Notes under the pieces: model-generated
Databases searched by the model: none
What the model saw: the letters and a program-made list of their open reading frames with translations, nothing else
Told to the model about the DNA's origin: nothing
Made by a program: the position numbers and the translations under genes
Assembly: GCA_964539655.1 (NCBI GenBank)
Contig: CAZIJH010000001.1
Span: 74,052 to 138,051 of the forward strand
Reading direction: 5' to 3'
From: an uncultured archaeon
GTDB lineage: Archaea; Aenigmatarchaeota; Aenigmatarchaeia; CG10238-14; SCSR01
Length of the DNA stretch: 64,000 nucleotides
Part shown: positions 27,703 through 37,553 of the stretch, one piece after another
Layout of the letters: every line of letters begins with the position of its first letter
Position numbering within the stretch: position 1 is the first letter of the stretch

Positions 27703-27897
27703 TTAATTTGTTCCCTTGTTCTCGCTACCGGATTCCAATTGTCTTCTATATTTTCCGTATTTGTCTTCCGGAGAAAATTTCGGAGGATTCGGATTCGAAG
27801 TTTTGCTGCCACAATCTGGGCAGACGTCCTTGAACGTGTACCTTTTGCATGCCGGGCATTTTTTAATCTTCGTGCTCACAGCAACTGCACTCTCCAA
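27703..27897 (-). CDS. nop10: H/ACA RNP protein Nop10
   Basis: [22 protein letters not shown]…[15 protein letters not shown]. The track start is TTG; a GTG at 27879 gives a more typical length. Confidence 0.8.
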   Translation of the reverse strand: MESAVAVSTKIKKCPACKRYTFKDVCPDCGSKTSNPNPPKFSPEDKYGKYRRQLESGSENKGTN

Positions 27898-28312
27898 AAA
27901 ATTCTCGAACGAGTTTCCTAAGGCTTTCGTTCGGAAACGTTCCGTCGCTTTCCAAGAATTCTTCAGGTGTCACCCATTCGCACGTTGAAATTTTTTCTTC
28001 CTTGTCAGGGTTGTTGCCGGTATCGAATTCTCCCGAAACTTTGCTGCACAAAAATGTGGAACACACCACTTGTGATTTATCCGTTTCGCGAAAGAAATGC
28101 CATACCCCGATCGGTGCCGCAATTTCGATTTGCAATCCGGTCTCTTCAAGAACTTCGCGCTTTAGGCAATCCTCTGGGTCCTCACCGTAATGCATGCGGC
28201 CTCCAGGTATGTCCCAAATCGATTTGCCGTTGATATTTTTTTTCAAAGCTAAAATTTTCCCGTCTTCGATTATCAGTGCTTTCATTGCTGCGAATATTTT
28301 CGGCTCGTCCAT
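27863..28312 (-). CDS. Nudix hydrolase
   Basis: Nudix box [24 protein letters not shown]. Its 3' end overlaps the nop10 start. Confidence 0.6.
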   Translation of the reverse strand: MDEPKIFAAMKALIIEDGKILALKKNINGKSIWDIPGGRMHYGEDPEDCLKREVLEETGLQIEIAAPIGVWHFFRETDKSQVVCSTFLCSKVSGEFDTGNNPDKEEKISTCEWVTPEEFLESDGTFPNESLRKLVREFFGECSCCEHED

Positions 28313-28316
28313 ATGG

Positions 28317-29099
28317 TCACTTTACAAAAGCGTAGCTCATCTCGACGCCCGACTCTTTTGATTTCCTGACGGCGGATTCCAGCAGCTCCTTCAGTTTCTT
28401 CTCCCCGTTTTTCGGGTCGATTGTCTTCAGTTCCACTCTGTACTTAGGAGCCGATATGTATCTCACGGAAATATTTTTCTTTTCGATCTCGGCGAAAACT
28501 GATTTTAATTTGTCAAGTCCTTCTGGATCGTAGCTTTTAGCATCGACCTCAATTTTCAAAATTACTTCCTTGTCCTTCATCGTTTTTTCTACAATGTCGA
28601 TAAGAGTGTCCTTCCATTTTTTGGAAATGTCCAAATCGTCGAGAACAGAGTGATTCTTTTTGATCTCGTCGAATGCCGTGAAATATTCCCCGAATTTTTC
28701 CGTCAGCAGCGAGCCCACTTCCTTGTTCGCCTCCTCGACGCTCTTGCCCATCTCGGTCGCGATCTGCTCGAAAATCTTCTCGGCCCTGTGGGTCCTTCTT
28801 ATGAAGTTCATCTTCTGCTTTTCTTCGGAATGAGATACTCTCTTTAGGCTGAGATTCACAAAATTTTTATCAGATTCTATCCTGACGACCTTTGCGACGT
28901 ATTGCTTGTCCGGCTTGACGAACTCCCTTATGTCGCGAACCCATTTTCCCGCGACTTCGGAAATGTGTATCATGCCTTCTATGTTATTGTACTCCGGAAG
29001 GTCGCACCATGCGGCGAAGGATGTCACTCGTTTTATCTTGCAAAGCCCGAGCTCTCCCGTCTGCGGCAGATCTATTCTCGGTTCGTCTTTCATCTTCAT
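28317..29099 (-). CDS. Translation initiation factor 2 alpha subunit (a/eIF2-alpha)
   Basis: N-terminal S1 domain and the helical/C-terminal domains of eIF2-alpha. Gene order eIF2-alpha then nop10 is conserved in archaea. Confidence 0.85.
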   Translation of the reverse strand: MKMKDEPRIDLPQTGELGLCKIKRVTSFAAWCDLPEYNNIEGMIHISEVAGKWVRDIREFVKPDKQYVAKVVRIESDKNFVNLSLKRVSHSEEKQKMNFIRRTHRAEKIFEQIATEMGKSVEEANKEVGSLLTEKFGEYFTAFDEIKKNHSVLDDLDISKKWKDTLIDIVEKTMKDKEVILKIEVDAKSYDPEGLDKLKSVFAEIEKKNISVRYISAPKYRVELKTIDPKNGEKKLKELLESAVRKSKESGVEMSYAFVK

Positions 29100-29139
29100 C
29101 AGTAATTAGATTAAGCAAGATTCAGATTTATATAGAAAT

Positions 29140-29448
29140 TTATTCAGACAGTTTTTTCTTGAACTCGGCGACCATGCTTATGAAATCGTCGATCTTGTCC
29201 ATAGTCAGGACGAATCCCTGCTTCGTCGGGCCCTTGTAGCTCGGCGTGTTCAGCCACACCCTGAAATCAATCCTGTCCTCGCCCTTGTAATTGGTTTTTT
29301 TGATCACGAGCACGGAACCTTCCCTCAGTATGAATTCGCCGAGCTTGATGTCTTTCTGCGGCTCTGAAAGAGTTTCTTCGGTTGTTTTCTCCTCAGCAGT
29401 TTCCTCTTCGGCCGGTTTTTTTATCTTAGGTTCCTTTTTCTTTCTCAT
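29140..29448 (-). CDS. PC4/Sub1-like ssDNA-binding protein (lysine-rich N-tail + PC4 fold)
   Basis: Basic/acidic N-terminal tail, then KLGEFILREGSVLVIKKTNYKGEDRIDFRVW…KQGFVLTMDKIDDF, which resembles the PC4 C-terminal domain. Confidence 0.5.
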   Translation of the reverse strand: MRKKKEPKIKKPAEEETAEEKTTEETLSEPQKDIKLGEFILREGSVLVIKKTNYKGEDRIDFRVWLNTPSYKGPTKQGFVLTMDKIDDFISMVAEFKKKLSE

Positions 29449-29522
29449 TAAATAAAACTTTAATTGAACCAGTAGAAATAGTTATTGCTCTTTCAAAATT
29501 TTGATTGAAAGAAAAAATTAAT

Positions 29523-30119
29523 TTAGGAAACCCACATGTACCATGTGATGTTGAGCGTGTCGCTCGGCTGCAGCGTCACTGTTGAAAATGTAGTCACAGC
29601 GAACAAAGCTTCTCCCGCCTGAGCTGCAGTTGTCGTGTTGAAGACTCCTGTGACGTTTACCTGAATCGATGCGCACGTGTTTGTGAACTGCTTCGAAATT
29701 GACCAGTTGCCGACTTGGTATCCTGTCGTGTTTGTCGAAAGTCCGATCGTTCCAGCGGCCCTGTGCAGTCCGCATCCCGAATTCGCCGCAGTCAACTCGT
29801 TCGCGATCGAAATGTTGCCCTGGCCGATCGCTTCAGAAGTGTTTCCCAATGCGATTGCGCTTATCGCGGACAACGGAGTCGAGTATAACAACAAATCCCT
29901 CGTGTGGTTCTTGCCCTTATCGGTGAACAGATTGCTCTTGCATTGTATCAGATCGTCATTTTTGTAAATGCATACGCCGTTGTTGTACTTGATTGAATTG
30001 TCTTCGCTCGCGCCAGACAGTGACGAGACGGAATTCAGCAGCATTCCTGAATAAGCTATAGAACTTCCTAGGACAATTATGGATAATGAAAAAATAACGA
30101 GAGACGTTTTATTATCCAT
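29523..30119 (-). CDS. Secreted/anchored hypothetical protein
   Basis: Signal-anchor MDNKTSLVIFSLSIIVLG…; Ser/Thr/Asn-rich with several N-x-S/T sequons. Confidence 0.45.
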   Translation of the reverse strand: MDNKTSLVIFSLSIIVLGSSIAYSGMLLNSVSSLSGASEDNSIKYNNGVCIYKNDDLIQCKSNLFTDKGKNHTRDLLLYSTPLSAISAIALGNTSEAIGQGNISIANELTAANSGCGLHRAAGTIGLSTNTTGYQVGNWSISKQFTNTCASIQVNVTGVFNTTTAAQAGEALFAVTTFSTVTLQPSDTLNITWYMWVS

Positions 30120-30255
30120 GTTACGGGCCTTAAAAAAAACTTCGTTTTGCTCGCTTATAAAGTTTCCAAACTGATAATTTTTGCGAAGTTTCAATTTTTG
30201 CGTTTACAAATCGGCCATATTTAAATCCGCGTCAAATAATTTATTATTGGAACAG

Positions 30256-30768
30256 ATGAGATTTGTAGAATTTCTAATAATCCCGTTGCTCATTGTCGGC
30301 TACCTGTTTTTTGTTGATTTCATAGTCGCGAACAACGTCTCTGTTCCCGGAATTTCTCAGGTGGATCAATTTTCGTCGCCGGGCGCAACCGAAGTCAAAT
30401 TCGGAGAGGCTCTCTCGGTTGTTGCAATGCGTCCCTATTTCAACGGACTGATCAGGCTGCCAACTTACACCGGTTCGCTCGGATACATCGGTTGGATGCA
30501 CGACCTTTTCTTCAATTTTGTAATGTTGCTCGCTGTTTCTTTTGTTGCGTTTGAAATTTACCTGACAATTAGGGGAAAAAAGGAGGTTAGTTACATGAAG
30601 AACAATTGGAATTCGTCGCAGACCAGAAGTTTTGACTGGATGAGACTTGCAAAGGCAGCCGCCGCCGGGATAGTTTTCTGGATAGCGGCCGCGATGCTTT
30701 CGGGCGACACCGCAAGCATAGCTCTCGGTCTTTTGGTCGCGTACCTTGAATACAGAAGACAAGGCTGA
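30256..30768 (+). CDS. Polytopic membrane protein
   Basis: Multiple TM helices; start set at the internal ATG (30256). Confidence 0.4.
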   Translation: MRFVEFLIIPLLIVGYLFFVDFIVANNVSVPGISQVDQFSSPGATEVKFGEALSVVAMRPYFNGLIRLPTYTGSLGYIGWMHDLFFNFVMLLAVSFVAFEIYLTIRGKKEVSYMKNNWNSSQTRSFDWMRLAKAAAAGIVFWIAAAMLSGDTASIALGLLVAYLEYRRQG

Positions 30769-30899
30769 ACCTGAAAATAAATTGCAGTTTGAATCGGTTG
30801 CCCGATGTAGTCGGTCTTATAACAATCTGTCGGAGATTTCCCGTTTTAAATGTTTAAGAGGCTGGATTTACAAATCATCATTAGTGATGGACACTAAAG

Positions 30900-31133
30900 A
30901 TGATTATGGCCGGCGATGAGGAAAGAATCAAACGCAAGATAACCAGCGTGCTGCGTTCGCACAGGGAAGGGCTGACGATAAAAGATTTGTCTACGCTGGT
31001 TTCCGCGCACAGGCAGACGATAGCGAAATACGTTCTTGTTCTGGAAGCTGAAGGAGTGGTTTATAGGAGGGAGGTCGGTTCTGCGACTCTGCATTACCTG
31101 AAGAAATTTTTTGGAGGCAAAATAAATGGATAG
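30900..31133 (+). CDS. Small winged-helix transcriptional regulator
   Basis: 77 aa with HTH segment LTIKDLSTLVSAHRQTIAKYVLVLEAEGVV. Its stop overlaps the start of the giant repeat protein. A palindrome CATCATTAGTGATG lies at 30876..30889. Confidence 0.55.
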   Translation: MIMAGDEERIKRKITSVLRSHREGLTIKDLSTLVSAHRQTIAKYVLVLEAEGVVYRREVGSATLHYLKKFFGGKING

Positions 31134-34100
31134 TAAGAAAATTATTTTGATTCTGTCGATGATTTTATTTGGTTTCGTCATTCTTTCCGACACAACAGAA
31201 GCTGTTTTAACAAATTCCACAACGAACTCCAATCCGGCTTTTAGTGATGTTGTGAATACTAACAGGCCAACCAACTACACATCGGCGTGGAAACTAATCT
31301 CGACATCCGTGCAGTTCACAACCCCGAGCGCGACGACAATAACAGGAGACGATCCGGGCGGGGACGGATTCTACATAGACGTGAGATTTGTAGCAAGCGC
31401 AACGTCCGATAACAACAGGGTGAGAGTCGGAATAGGGCAGACCGTGCCGAACATGTCCGATCAGAACAGTTGCGACATCGCAACATCGGGCGGCGCATGC
31501 TATCTCAATTTCTCGGCGAGAGGCAACACGACGCACAACTCGCTGGCTGAAGTAAACTACTCGTGGGCATTTGTTGGGGTGCAGCTCGACACGAGCAACA
31601 GGAACATTTCGTACGGAGTGCCGATGATACGCGGCGGTAAACGCATGCCGGATATTTACAATTCGACTGCGGGAAACAACTGTTACATCTCGGTAAACGA
31701 TTCGATATTTACGAGCGGTCAATGGTTCACGGCGTCTGTCAACATAACACAAGATTACTACGGACGATGTGGGTGGACCGGAACTGCTAAAGTAGTGAAT
31801 TTGACGGTTGGAATAGATCACGGAACCTTGACGACAGCAAACGGTGATACCAATGCAGCTAATTTCGACAGCATCTATTTGCTAAACCAGAGCGATGTCG
31901 TGATCGTCATACCGCCGAAGGATTACGTCATCAACAACACCCTCACTGTGTCGGTTCAGTCTGCGAATGGAAGGTCGAGCGGCCTGAAAAGGAATTTTGT
32001 GCAAACTTCGACTTTGTCCGTTAGCAATGGGGACACGCTCATGCTCACAAGGTCGGCCATACAAAGCCTGCTTGCATCAAACTTGATAGGTCGTTCGTTT
32101 GGGTCGGTCGAAAATATAGTCCAAATCCAAAATCTTCGGGCAGCAACGGAAAGGATGTCGTCACTTATGAGATTTTTCACGGGATATTTTTCGTTGGCCG
32201 AATCGATTTCGAAAATTGCAGGTTTCCAAAAATTATTTACAAACGCATTCTCACTCGGAGATTTTGCATCAGGGATTTACGCACTTGGCAGGCAGGACTA
32301 TGTTCGTGAAATGACACAATCCATGAGCATTACGAATATCATGCAAAGATTGTTCGCTGGAACCAGATTGTTTTCAAACTCACTTAGTTTGGCTGACTTC
32401 GTTGACAACTTAGCATCCTTCCCTAGATTTCTTACAAATTCATTTTCCTCCACTGACGCGGTAAGTAGAGTTTCCAGCCTGACAAGATCCTTCACAAACA
32501 CGGCGGCATTTTCTGATGTACAAATTAGAATCATCAGCCTCGCAAGAACATTTTCAAGTCAACTTCAAATTTCAGAAATTGCGGAAAGATTAATCGCATT
32601 GACAAGATACTTCGCCGACAACTTTATCGAGGGTGATGCTACAGATAGTAGCTTCGGAAGCAGCAAATTGTTGGGCAATCCGTTTTCGTTGACTTCGTTA
32701 ACTTCGAAATTGGGAGGTTCGATGCGTTCATTCACAGGTACGTTGTCTCTTTCGACTATTACTTCCAGACTTTCCGTCCTTGCCCGCGGATTTACAATAG
32801 ATTTCTCGTTGAGTCAGGTAACTTTAAGATTATCGGATCTTGCAAGATCATTCGTGTCGCAACCGTCGCTGTCGGCTACAATGTCGAGACAGCTTGGAAA
32901 AATAATTTCTTACACGCAGGAATTTTCGGTAAACAATTTGATTCAAAAATTCTTTGAAAGCAACAAGCAACTGACAAATATCTTTTCATTTACCGAAATC
33001 AGTTCTCGTCTGCTTTCAGCCAGCAGATCTTTCACGGGATTGTTTTCGTTGGGTTCGCTAAATCAAAATAGCGCTGGATTCTTTTCTGAATTAAGACAGT
33101 CATTTGGAATTGATTCCATAATTTCCAGATTGTCCGGTGGGTCGAGAGAATTCTCGCAAACATTCGGATTAAGTTTTGGAACCTCTCGTCTGTCGGACTT
33201 GACAAGATCAATTACGTACTCGATTTCATTCGCAGAAAACTTTTCAAGAATTTCGTCTTTGTCAAGGATATTCAGGGAGCCGTTTTCATTTACCGGAATG
33301 TCGTCGAGAATATCCGATCTGAATATGAGATTCTCGAATATATTTTCTCTGAATAGCCTGGCGTCAAACCTGTTCGGAAATTCGAAATCTTTCGTGAATT
33401 CGTTTTCGCTCACGCATGTCACCGGAAGGTTGGCAAGCCTTTCCAGGTCGCTGACAAATGTACCCTCGTTGTCGATGATCACAGGCAGGATCGCTAGCCT
33501 GACGAGGACATTCTCGGAATCGTTCTTCATCCAGGCGATCGTCAATTCGCTCAGAGCGATAATAGAAGCGGTATCGCCCACGCAATCTCCGACTTCGACA
33601 TCCTCGTCGCCAGGAGGGAGCAGCGGAAATGTTGCCGCCATAACGCCCGGCCAAATCGTGCAGCCCGAGACAAAAGATTTGGAATTCGTGTCGGCTCCCT
33701 TGCTGAAAGAGTCAGTGGCCGGCCAGAAAATCATCCATCAGATAATTGTCAAAGGAAAATCCGGCGGCGATATTGTGAGAGATTTGAAACTCGATGTCTT
33801 GGGAATACCGGACGAATGGGTAAAAACTATTCCTGAAAAAATCGATTTACTGCCTGGGGAATATAGCACGTTTATTGTCGAGATCTCTATTCCTGAGAAT
33901 GCTCCGTTTGCGGATTACGAAATCGAATTTGTCGCAAAGAACGGTGTCGTCGAAGACACGTCGATATCATTGCTGAGGATAAAAGATTCGCAGAGGGCAG
34001 GGACGGAATCCTCGTCGGTTGTCAACAGGGAAGTCACTTTGCTCAGCGAACAAAATAAGGCGATCGTGGAATTGAACGTAAAATCGCAAGAGAACGTTCC

Positions 34101-34854
34101 TTTCCTGGTCGTGAAGGAGGAAGTTCCGAAGACTCTTGCCGAGGACGTGAGCGATATAGAATTCATCACTCCTCCCGACACGGTACTTAGGGCAGATCCG
34201 CTGTTTGCATGGGCGCTTGTCAACGTGAGCGCGAACGAGAACACAAAACTGAGCTACGTTCTCAAGGATCTTCCGGTCGACATAACTGGGTTGCTCTTCT
34301 TCCCGATCAACGAATTCTCTCTTGTCAACCAGCAGCTTCCGTCCGGGCTCAGGATAGGTGACGTGAAAGTCCCGATGTTCTACATAGGAGAGCAGTCGAC
34401 TATTACTGTCGTGGTCGAGAACACAGATTCCCGCCAGCATGTTTTGAATCTGAACTACGATCTGCCGTCCGGTTGGAAAGCCAATCCGGAAAGAATTTTC
34501 GGGACTTTGCTGCCGGGCGAGAAAAAGGAGTTCCAAATCATCGTGGAAATTCCAAACGACGAGAAAGTTTCCAACAAGATTATTGATCTTGTGTTCGAAT
34601 GGGACGGAAATATTTTTGTCAAGGAGTATAACGTGATCGTCGCGCAGAGAACTCTTGTATATTTCGTAGTTTATGTTGTGATTTTCGCTGCAGCCAGCGC
34701 GCTGTTCTTCTTCGCATTTAGGTTCTACAGGTCCAGAAGGATTTTCGTCGAGTATCCTGCCGGAGAAGACAGGCTTGCAAAGTTGCGCAAGATAAGGGAC
34801 ATGATAAACCCCAGGAAGAAGGAGTGGAAGTACAATTATGAATATCGTGAGTAA
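31126..34854 (+). CDS. Giant cell-surface repeat protein (1242 aa)
   Basis: N-terminal signal/TM. Central ~500 residues consist of ~35 tandem degenerate 13-aa repeats (consensus ~SRLxSLxRxFTxxFSL). Followed by CARDB/Ig-like modules, a C-terminal TM helix and a basic cytoplasmic tail RKIRDMINPRKKEWKYNYEYRE. Confidence 0.7.
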   Translation: MDSKKIILILSMILFGFVILSDTTEAVLTNSTTNSNPAFSDVVNTNRPTNYTSAWKLISTSVQFTTPSATTITGDDPGGDGFYIDVRFVASATSDNNRVRVGIGQTVPNMSDQNSCDIATSGGACYLNFSARGNTTHNSLAEVNYSWAFVGVQLDTSNRNISYGVPMIRGGKRMPDIYNSTAGNNCYISVNDSIFTSGQWFTASVNITQDYYGRCGWTGTAKVVNLTVGIDHGTLTTANGDTNAANFDSIYLLNQSDVVIVIPPKDYVINNTLTVSVQSANGRSSGLKRNFVQTSTLSVSNGDTLMLTRSAIQSLLASNLIGRSFGSVENIVQIQNLRAATERMSSLMRFFTGYFSLAESISKIAGFQKLFTNAFSLGDFASGIYALGRQDYVREMTQSMSITNIMQRLFAGTRLFSNSLSLADFVDNLASFPRFLTNSFSSTDAVSRVSSLTRSFTNTAAFSDVQIRIISLARTFSSQLQISEIAERLIALTRYFADNFIEGDATDSSFGSSKLLGNPFSLTSLTSKLGGSMRSFTGTLSLSTITSRLSVLARGFTIDFSLSQVTLRLSDLARSFVSQPSLSATMSRQLGKIISYTQEFSVNNLIQKFFESNKQLTNIFSFTEISSRLLSASRSFTGLFSLGSLNQNSAGFFSELRQSFGIDSIISRLSGGSREFSQTFGLSFGTSRLSDLTRSITYSISFAENFSRISSLSRIFREPFSFTGMSSRISDLNMRFSNIFSLNSLASNLFGNSKSFVNSFSLTHVTGRLASLSRSLTNVPSLSMITGRIASLTRTFSESFFIQAIVNSLRAIIEAVSPTQSPTSTSSSPGGSSGNVAAITPGQIVQPETKDLEFVSAPLLKESVAGQKIIHQIIVKGKSGGDIVRDLKLDVLGIPDEWVKTIPEKIDLLPGEYSTFIVEISIPENAPFADYEIEFVAKNGVVEDTSISLLRIKDSQRAGTESSSVVNREVTLLSEQNKAIVELNVKSQENVPFLVVKEEVPKTLAEDVSDIEFITPPDTVLRADPLFAWALVNVSANENTKLSYVLKDLPVDITGLLFFPINEFSLVNQQLPSGLRIGDVKVPMFYIGEQSTITVVVENTDSRQHVLNLNYDLPSGWKANPERIFGTLLPGEKKEFQIIVEIPNDEKVSNKIIDLVFEWDGNIFVKEYNVIVAQRTLVYFVVYVVIFAAASALFFFAFRFYRSRRIFVEYPAGEDRLAKLRKIRDMINPRKKEWKYNYEYRE

Positions 34855-36127
34855 ACTACCAAATATGATTATGAAAAGAGCGATTTTCACAGCAGTTGTT
34901 TTGATTTTTTCAATAATCTTAAGCGGGACCGTCTTTGCCGACGGAATTATTTCTAACCTTGCTTACAGCCCCCAGGAAGTATTCGCATTGAGCGATACCA
35001 AAATGGAAATCGGAGTGGAAAACAATGGCGACAAATCTCAAGATTACAAACTTGTAGTCTCTGTTATTACAGAAGGTCTCGTTGAATCCGAGCAGAAATT
35101 TTCGTTCGGATTGATCCCCGGCGAGAAGAAAAAATTCTCTTCGGAATTCGTGCCGCGAAGCATCGGATACTATCAGATAATTGCCAGGCTTTATGACGAG
35201 AATGAGATAGATCTTTACGATACCGAGGTAGCTTCTTTCAATTCGTTGAGCGAAATCGGTCCGTTTGATTTGAATATTGAAATACCAACAAAAATCGTGA
35301 GGCCGAATTCCAGAGTTCCCGTGGTAATCAATCTGGAAAATAAGGGAGTGAAAAGCACCGACGTCGAGCTTCAGGTTAAATTGAATTGCGCAAAAACTCT
35401 AAAGGAAACTTTTTACGAGCTTGCAGAGGCTGGCAGCCAGATTGAAGAAATATTCTCTTTCCAGAGCTGCCCGACTACCGGAGTTTACGAGGTCGTAGCA
35501 GATGTCATGCTTTTCAACAAGACATGGATATCCTCTAGCTCGCAACTTATTATAGACAATTACATTACCGAATTATCCTTCCAGCCTCCGATGGAAATTT
35601 ATGCCGAGTCTGGAAAATCTTCTCTTTTCATGGTCGAAGTGGACAATATCGGAGACAAGGAGATAGATAGTCTGAAACTTATCGTGACCAGAATTCCGTC
35701 CGATTGGATCCAGGTATCGCCTCCCGAGACCAGAAATCTGCGTCCAAAAGGAGAAGCGATATTCGTTGTTAACATCACAATTCCTCCATTCACAAAAAAT
35801 CGCGACATAAATTTCACGTTCATTGCGACTGCAGTCGACACTCAGGTTGAACAGAGATCTGTTATGAAAATTTCCGGCATGGCTTCGGCCGCACCGAATA
35901 AAGATGCGTCCAACCCGTTTGTTTTCGCTTTGCCAAAATTGGACGTTCCAAATTTCCAGTCGATATTTTTTGAAGGATTTTATATTTTTGCATTTTCAAC
36001 TATCGGAATTTCTATAGCGGTCGGTGGGGCTATTTTGGCGATCAGGAAAAACTGGAGAAATGAAAGAAATCAACATATCGCGTACAAGATTTACAAAATC
36101 AAGAAAATGGTTGCGGACAGAAAATAA
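34838..36127 (+). CDS. Secreted CARDB-like multi-domain protein with C-terminal membrane anchor
   Basis: Signal peptide, then three modules with the (V/I)xNxGxK…D motif typical of CARDB/S-layer-like domains, and a C-terminal TM plus basic tail. Confidence 0.6.
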   Translation: MNIVSKLPNMIMKRAIFTAVVLIFSIILSGTVFADGIISNLAYSPQEVFALSDTKMEIGVENNGDKSQDYKLVVSVITEGLVESEQKFSFGLIPGEKKKFSSEFVPRSIGYYQIIARLYDENEIDLYDTEVASFNSLSEIGPFDLNIEIPTKIVRPNSRVPVVINLENKGVKSTDVELQVKLNCAKTLKETFYELAEAGSQIEEIFSFQSCPTTGVYEVVADVMLFNKTWISSSSQLIIDNYITELSFQPPMEIYAESGKSSLFMVEVDNIGDKEIDSLKLIVTRIPSDWIQVSPPETRNLRPKGEAIFVVNITIPPFTKNRDINFTFIATAVDTQVEQRSVMKISGMASAAPNKDASNPFVFALPKLDVPNFQSIFFEGFYIFAFSTIGISIAVGGAILAIRKNWRNERNQHIAYKIYKIKKMVADRK

Positions 36128-36148
36128 TTCTATTCTAGCTGATTTAAT

Positions 36149-37147
36149 TTGCCCGCTTACCAAATATTATTGGTATACTTGTCCGAAACTGTTGGAATTT
36201 TTTCAGCAAAGGGCGGGGTAGGCAAAACTACTCTTGTTGCTAACCTCGGGGCCTCCATCACGAACGTGTTCAAGAAAAACGTTCTGATTTTCGATACCAA
36301 TCTGAAAACCTCTCATCTCGGACTTCATTTCGGCGTGTACGATGATCTTCCGGTGACTTTGAAGGAGGTATTGAAACAGAACGCTCCCATTTTGCATGCG
36401 GTGTACACCGAGCCGAGGACGGGCGTGAGGCTGGTGCCGGCTCCGTTGAATTCCGACGGTGCGGTTATCGACAAGAAAAGGCTCAGCAGGCTTCTTAACA
36501 AAGTCAAGGACAATTACGAAATTGTGATAGTTGACACTTCCCCGGGATTGGGATTCGAATTTATCTGCGCGGCGGAATCGATCGACAGGGCGATAGTGGT
36601 TACCACTCCCGAAATAACTTCTGTCACCGACGCGATGAAGACCGTGGAGATCCTCAAAAAACTGAGGAAGAATATTTTCGGGATCGTCGTCAACAGGGTC
36701 AGAAACCAAAAATACGAGCTGACGTTGAAAGAGATCGAATCGACGATAGGCGAAAACGTTATCGCCGTCGTGCACGAGGACAACCATGTTCCGGAGTCGA
36801 TCTCCAAAGGGGTGCCCGTGACTATAAGCTATCCGAATTCGAGAGTTTCGAACGACATCAACAAGCTTGCGGGAATGCTTATTGGCAGGGAATATGTTGG
36901 TGACGGCATGTTTGGCATGTTTTCGAAATTCTTTGAAATTTTCAAGTTGAACGGGAAACGCGATGAGTTTTTCGTGGAAGACGAAAAGATTTCCCAGCGC
37001 AAGCAAACGAAGGGCGATTTGATAAAGGAAGTTGAAGTTGCCGAAGGCATGCGAAAGGATTTGCTTAACGAAGTCGAAGATGAAATAAAAGACGAGATCA
37101 AGCAAAGGGTAAAGAAAAGACTGATGGAAAGGATGAGAAATGGCTGA
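36149..37147 (+). CDS. MinD/ParA-family P-loop ATPase with acidic coiled C-terminal extension
   Basis: Deviant Walker A SAKGGVGKTT; Walker B IVDTSPG. Start uncertain: the listed start is TTG at 36149, and an internal TTG at 36179 gives a canonical N-terminus. Confidence 0.7.
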   Translation: MPAYQILLVYLSETVGIFSAKGGVGKTTLVANLGASITNVFKKNVLIFDTNLKTSHLGLHFGVYDDLPVTLKEVLKQNAPILHAVYTEPRTGVRLVPAPLNSDGAVIDKKRLSRLLNKVKDNYEIVIVDTSPGLGFEFICAAESIDRAIVVTTPEITSVTDAMKTVEILKKLRKNIFGIVVNRVRNQKYELTLKEIESTIGENVIAVVHEDNHVPESISKGVPVTISYPNSRVSNDINKLAGMLIGREYVGDGMFGMFSKFFEIFKLNGKRDEFFVEDEKISQRKQTKGDLIKEVEVAEGMRKDLLNEVEDEIKDEIKQRVKKRLMERMRNG

Positions 37148-37514
37148 AAAACAGTTGGCGATATCGGAAAAGATGATCGACGAAATAGTAGACGAGGTTC
37201 TGGATTCCATGGATCAGGCAAAGCCCAATGGGATGCAGAAAAATTATCAGGGAACTTCCGAGATGGAAAACATAAAAAGAAGGATGAACGATTTTGAAAA
37301 AAGGATGCAAAGATTTTCGAACGAAATCAGCTCCAATGCCATCGAGTCCGGCACAGATTTGAACGAAAGGATCGACGATATTGCGAATGGAAACGACAAG
37401 CAGATTCTCGGTCTGGAGGAGCAGATCATGCATCTCGAGGGAGAGATAGATTTCCTGCGCACGTCTCTGGTGAGGATCAGCAGCGAACTCAAGAAGAAGA
37501 AAATTTTGGAATAA
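37140..37514 (+). CDS. Coiled-coil protein
   Basis: 124 aa with heptad-like charged repeats; overlaps the MinD-like gene by 8 nt, suggesting co-translation. Confidence 0.5.
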   Translation: MAEKQLAISEKMIDEIVDEVLDSMDQAKPNGMQKNYQGTSEMENIKRRMNDFEKRMQRFSNEISSNAIESGTDLNERIDDIANGNDKQILGLEEQIMHLEGEIDFLRTSLVRISSELKKKKILE

Positions 37515-37553
37515 AAAATAAAAAAAAAGAAAAAAAATATTTTCAATTTATTT

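Noticed and set aside
33967-34890. 307-aa minus-strand ORF and other antisense ORFs inside the 1242-aa surface-protein gene
   Set aside because: They overlap the strongly periodic + strand repeat protein. Antisense frames of repeat DNA commonly stay open.
36203-37221. Minus-strand ORFs 36203..37210, 36514..36807, 36829..37221
   Set aside because: Antisense to the MinD/ParA ATPase gene, which has a clear Walker A/B.
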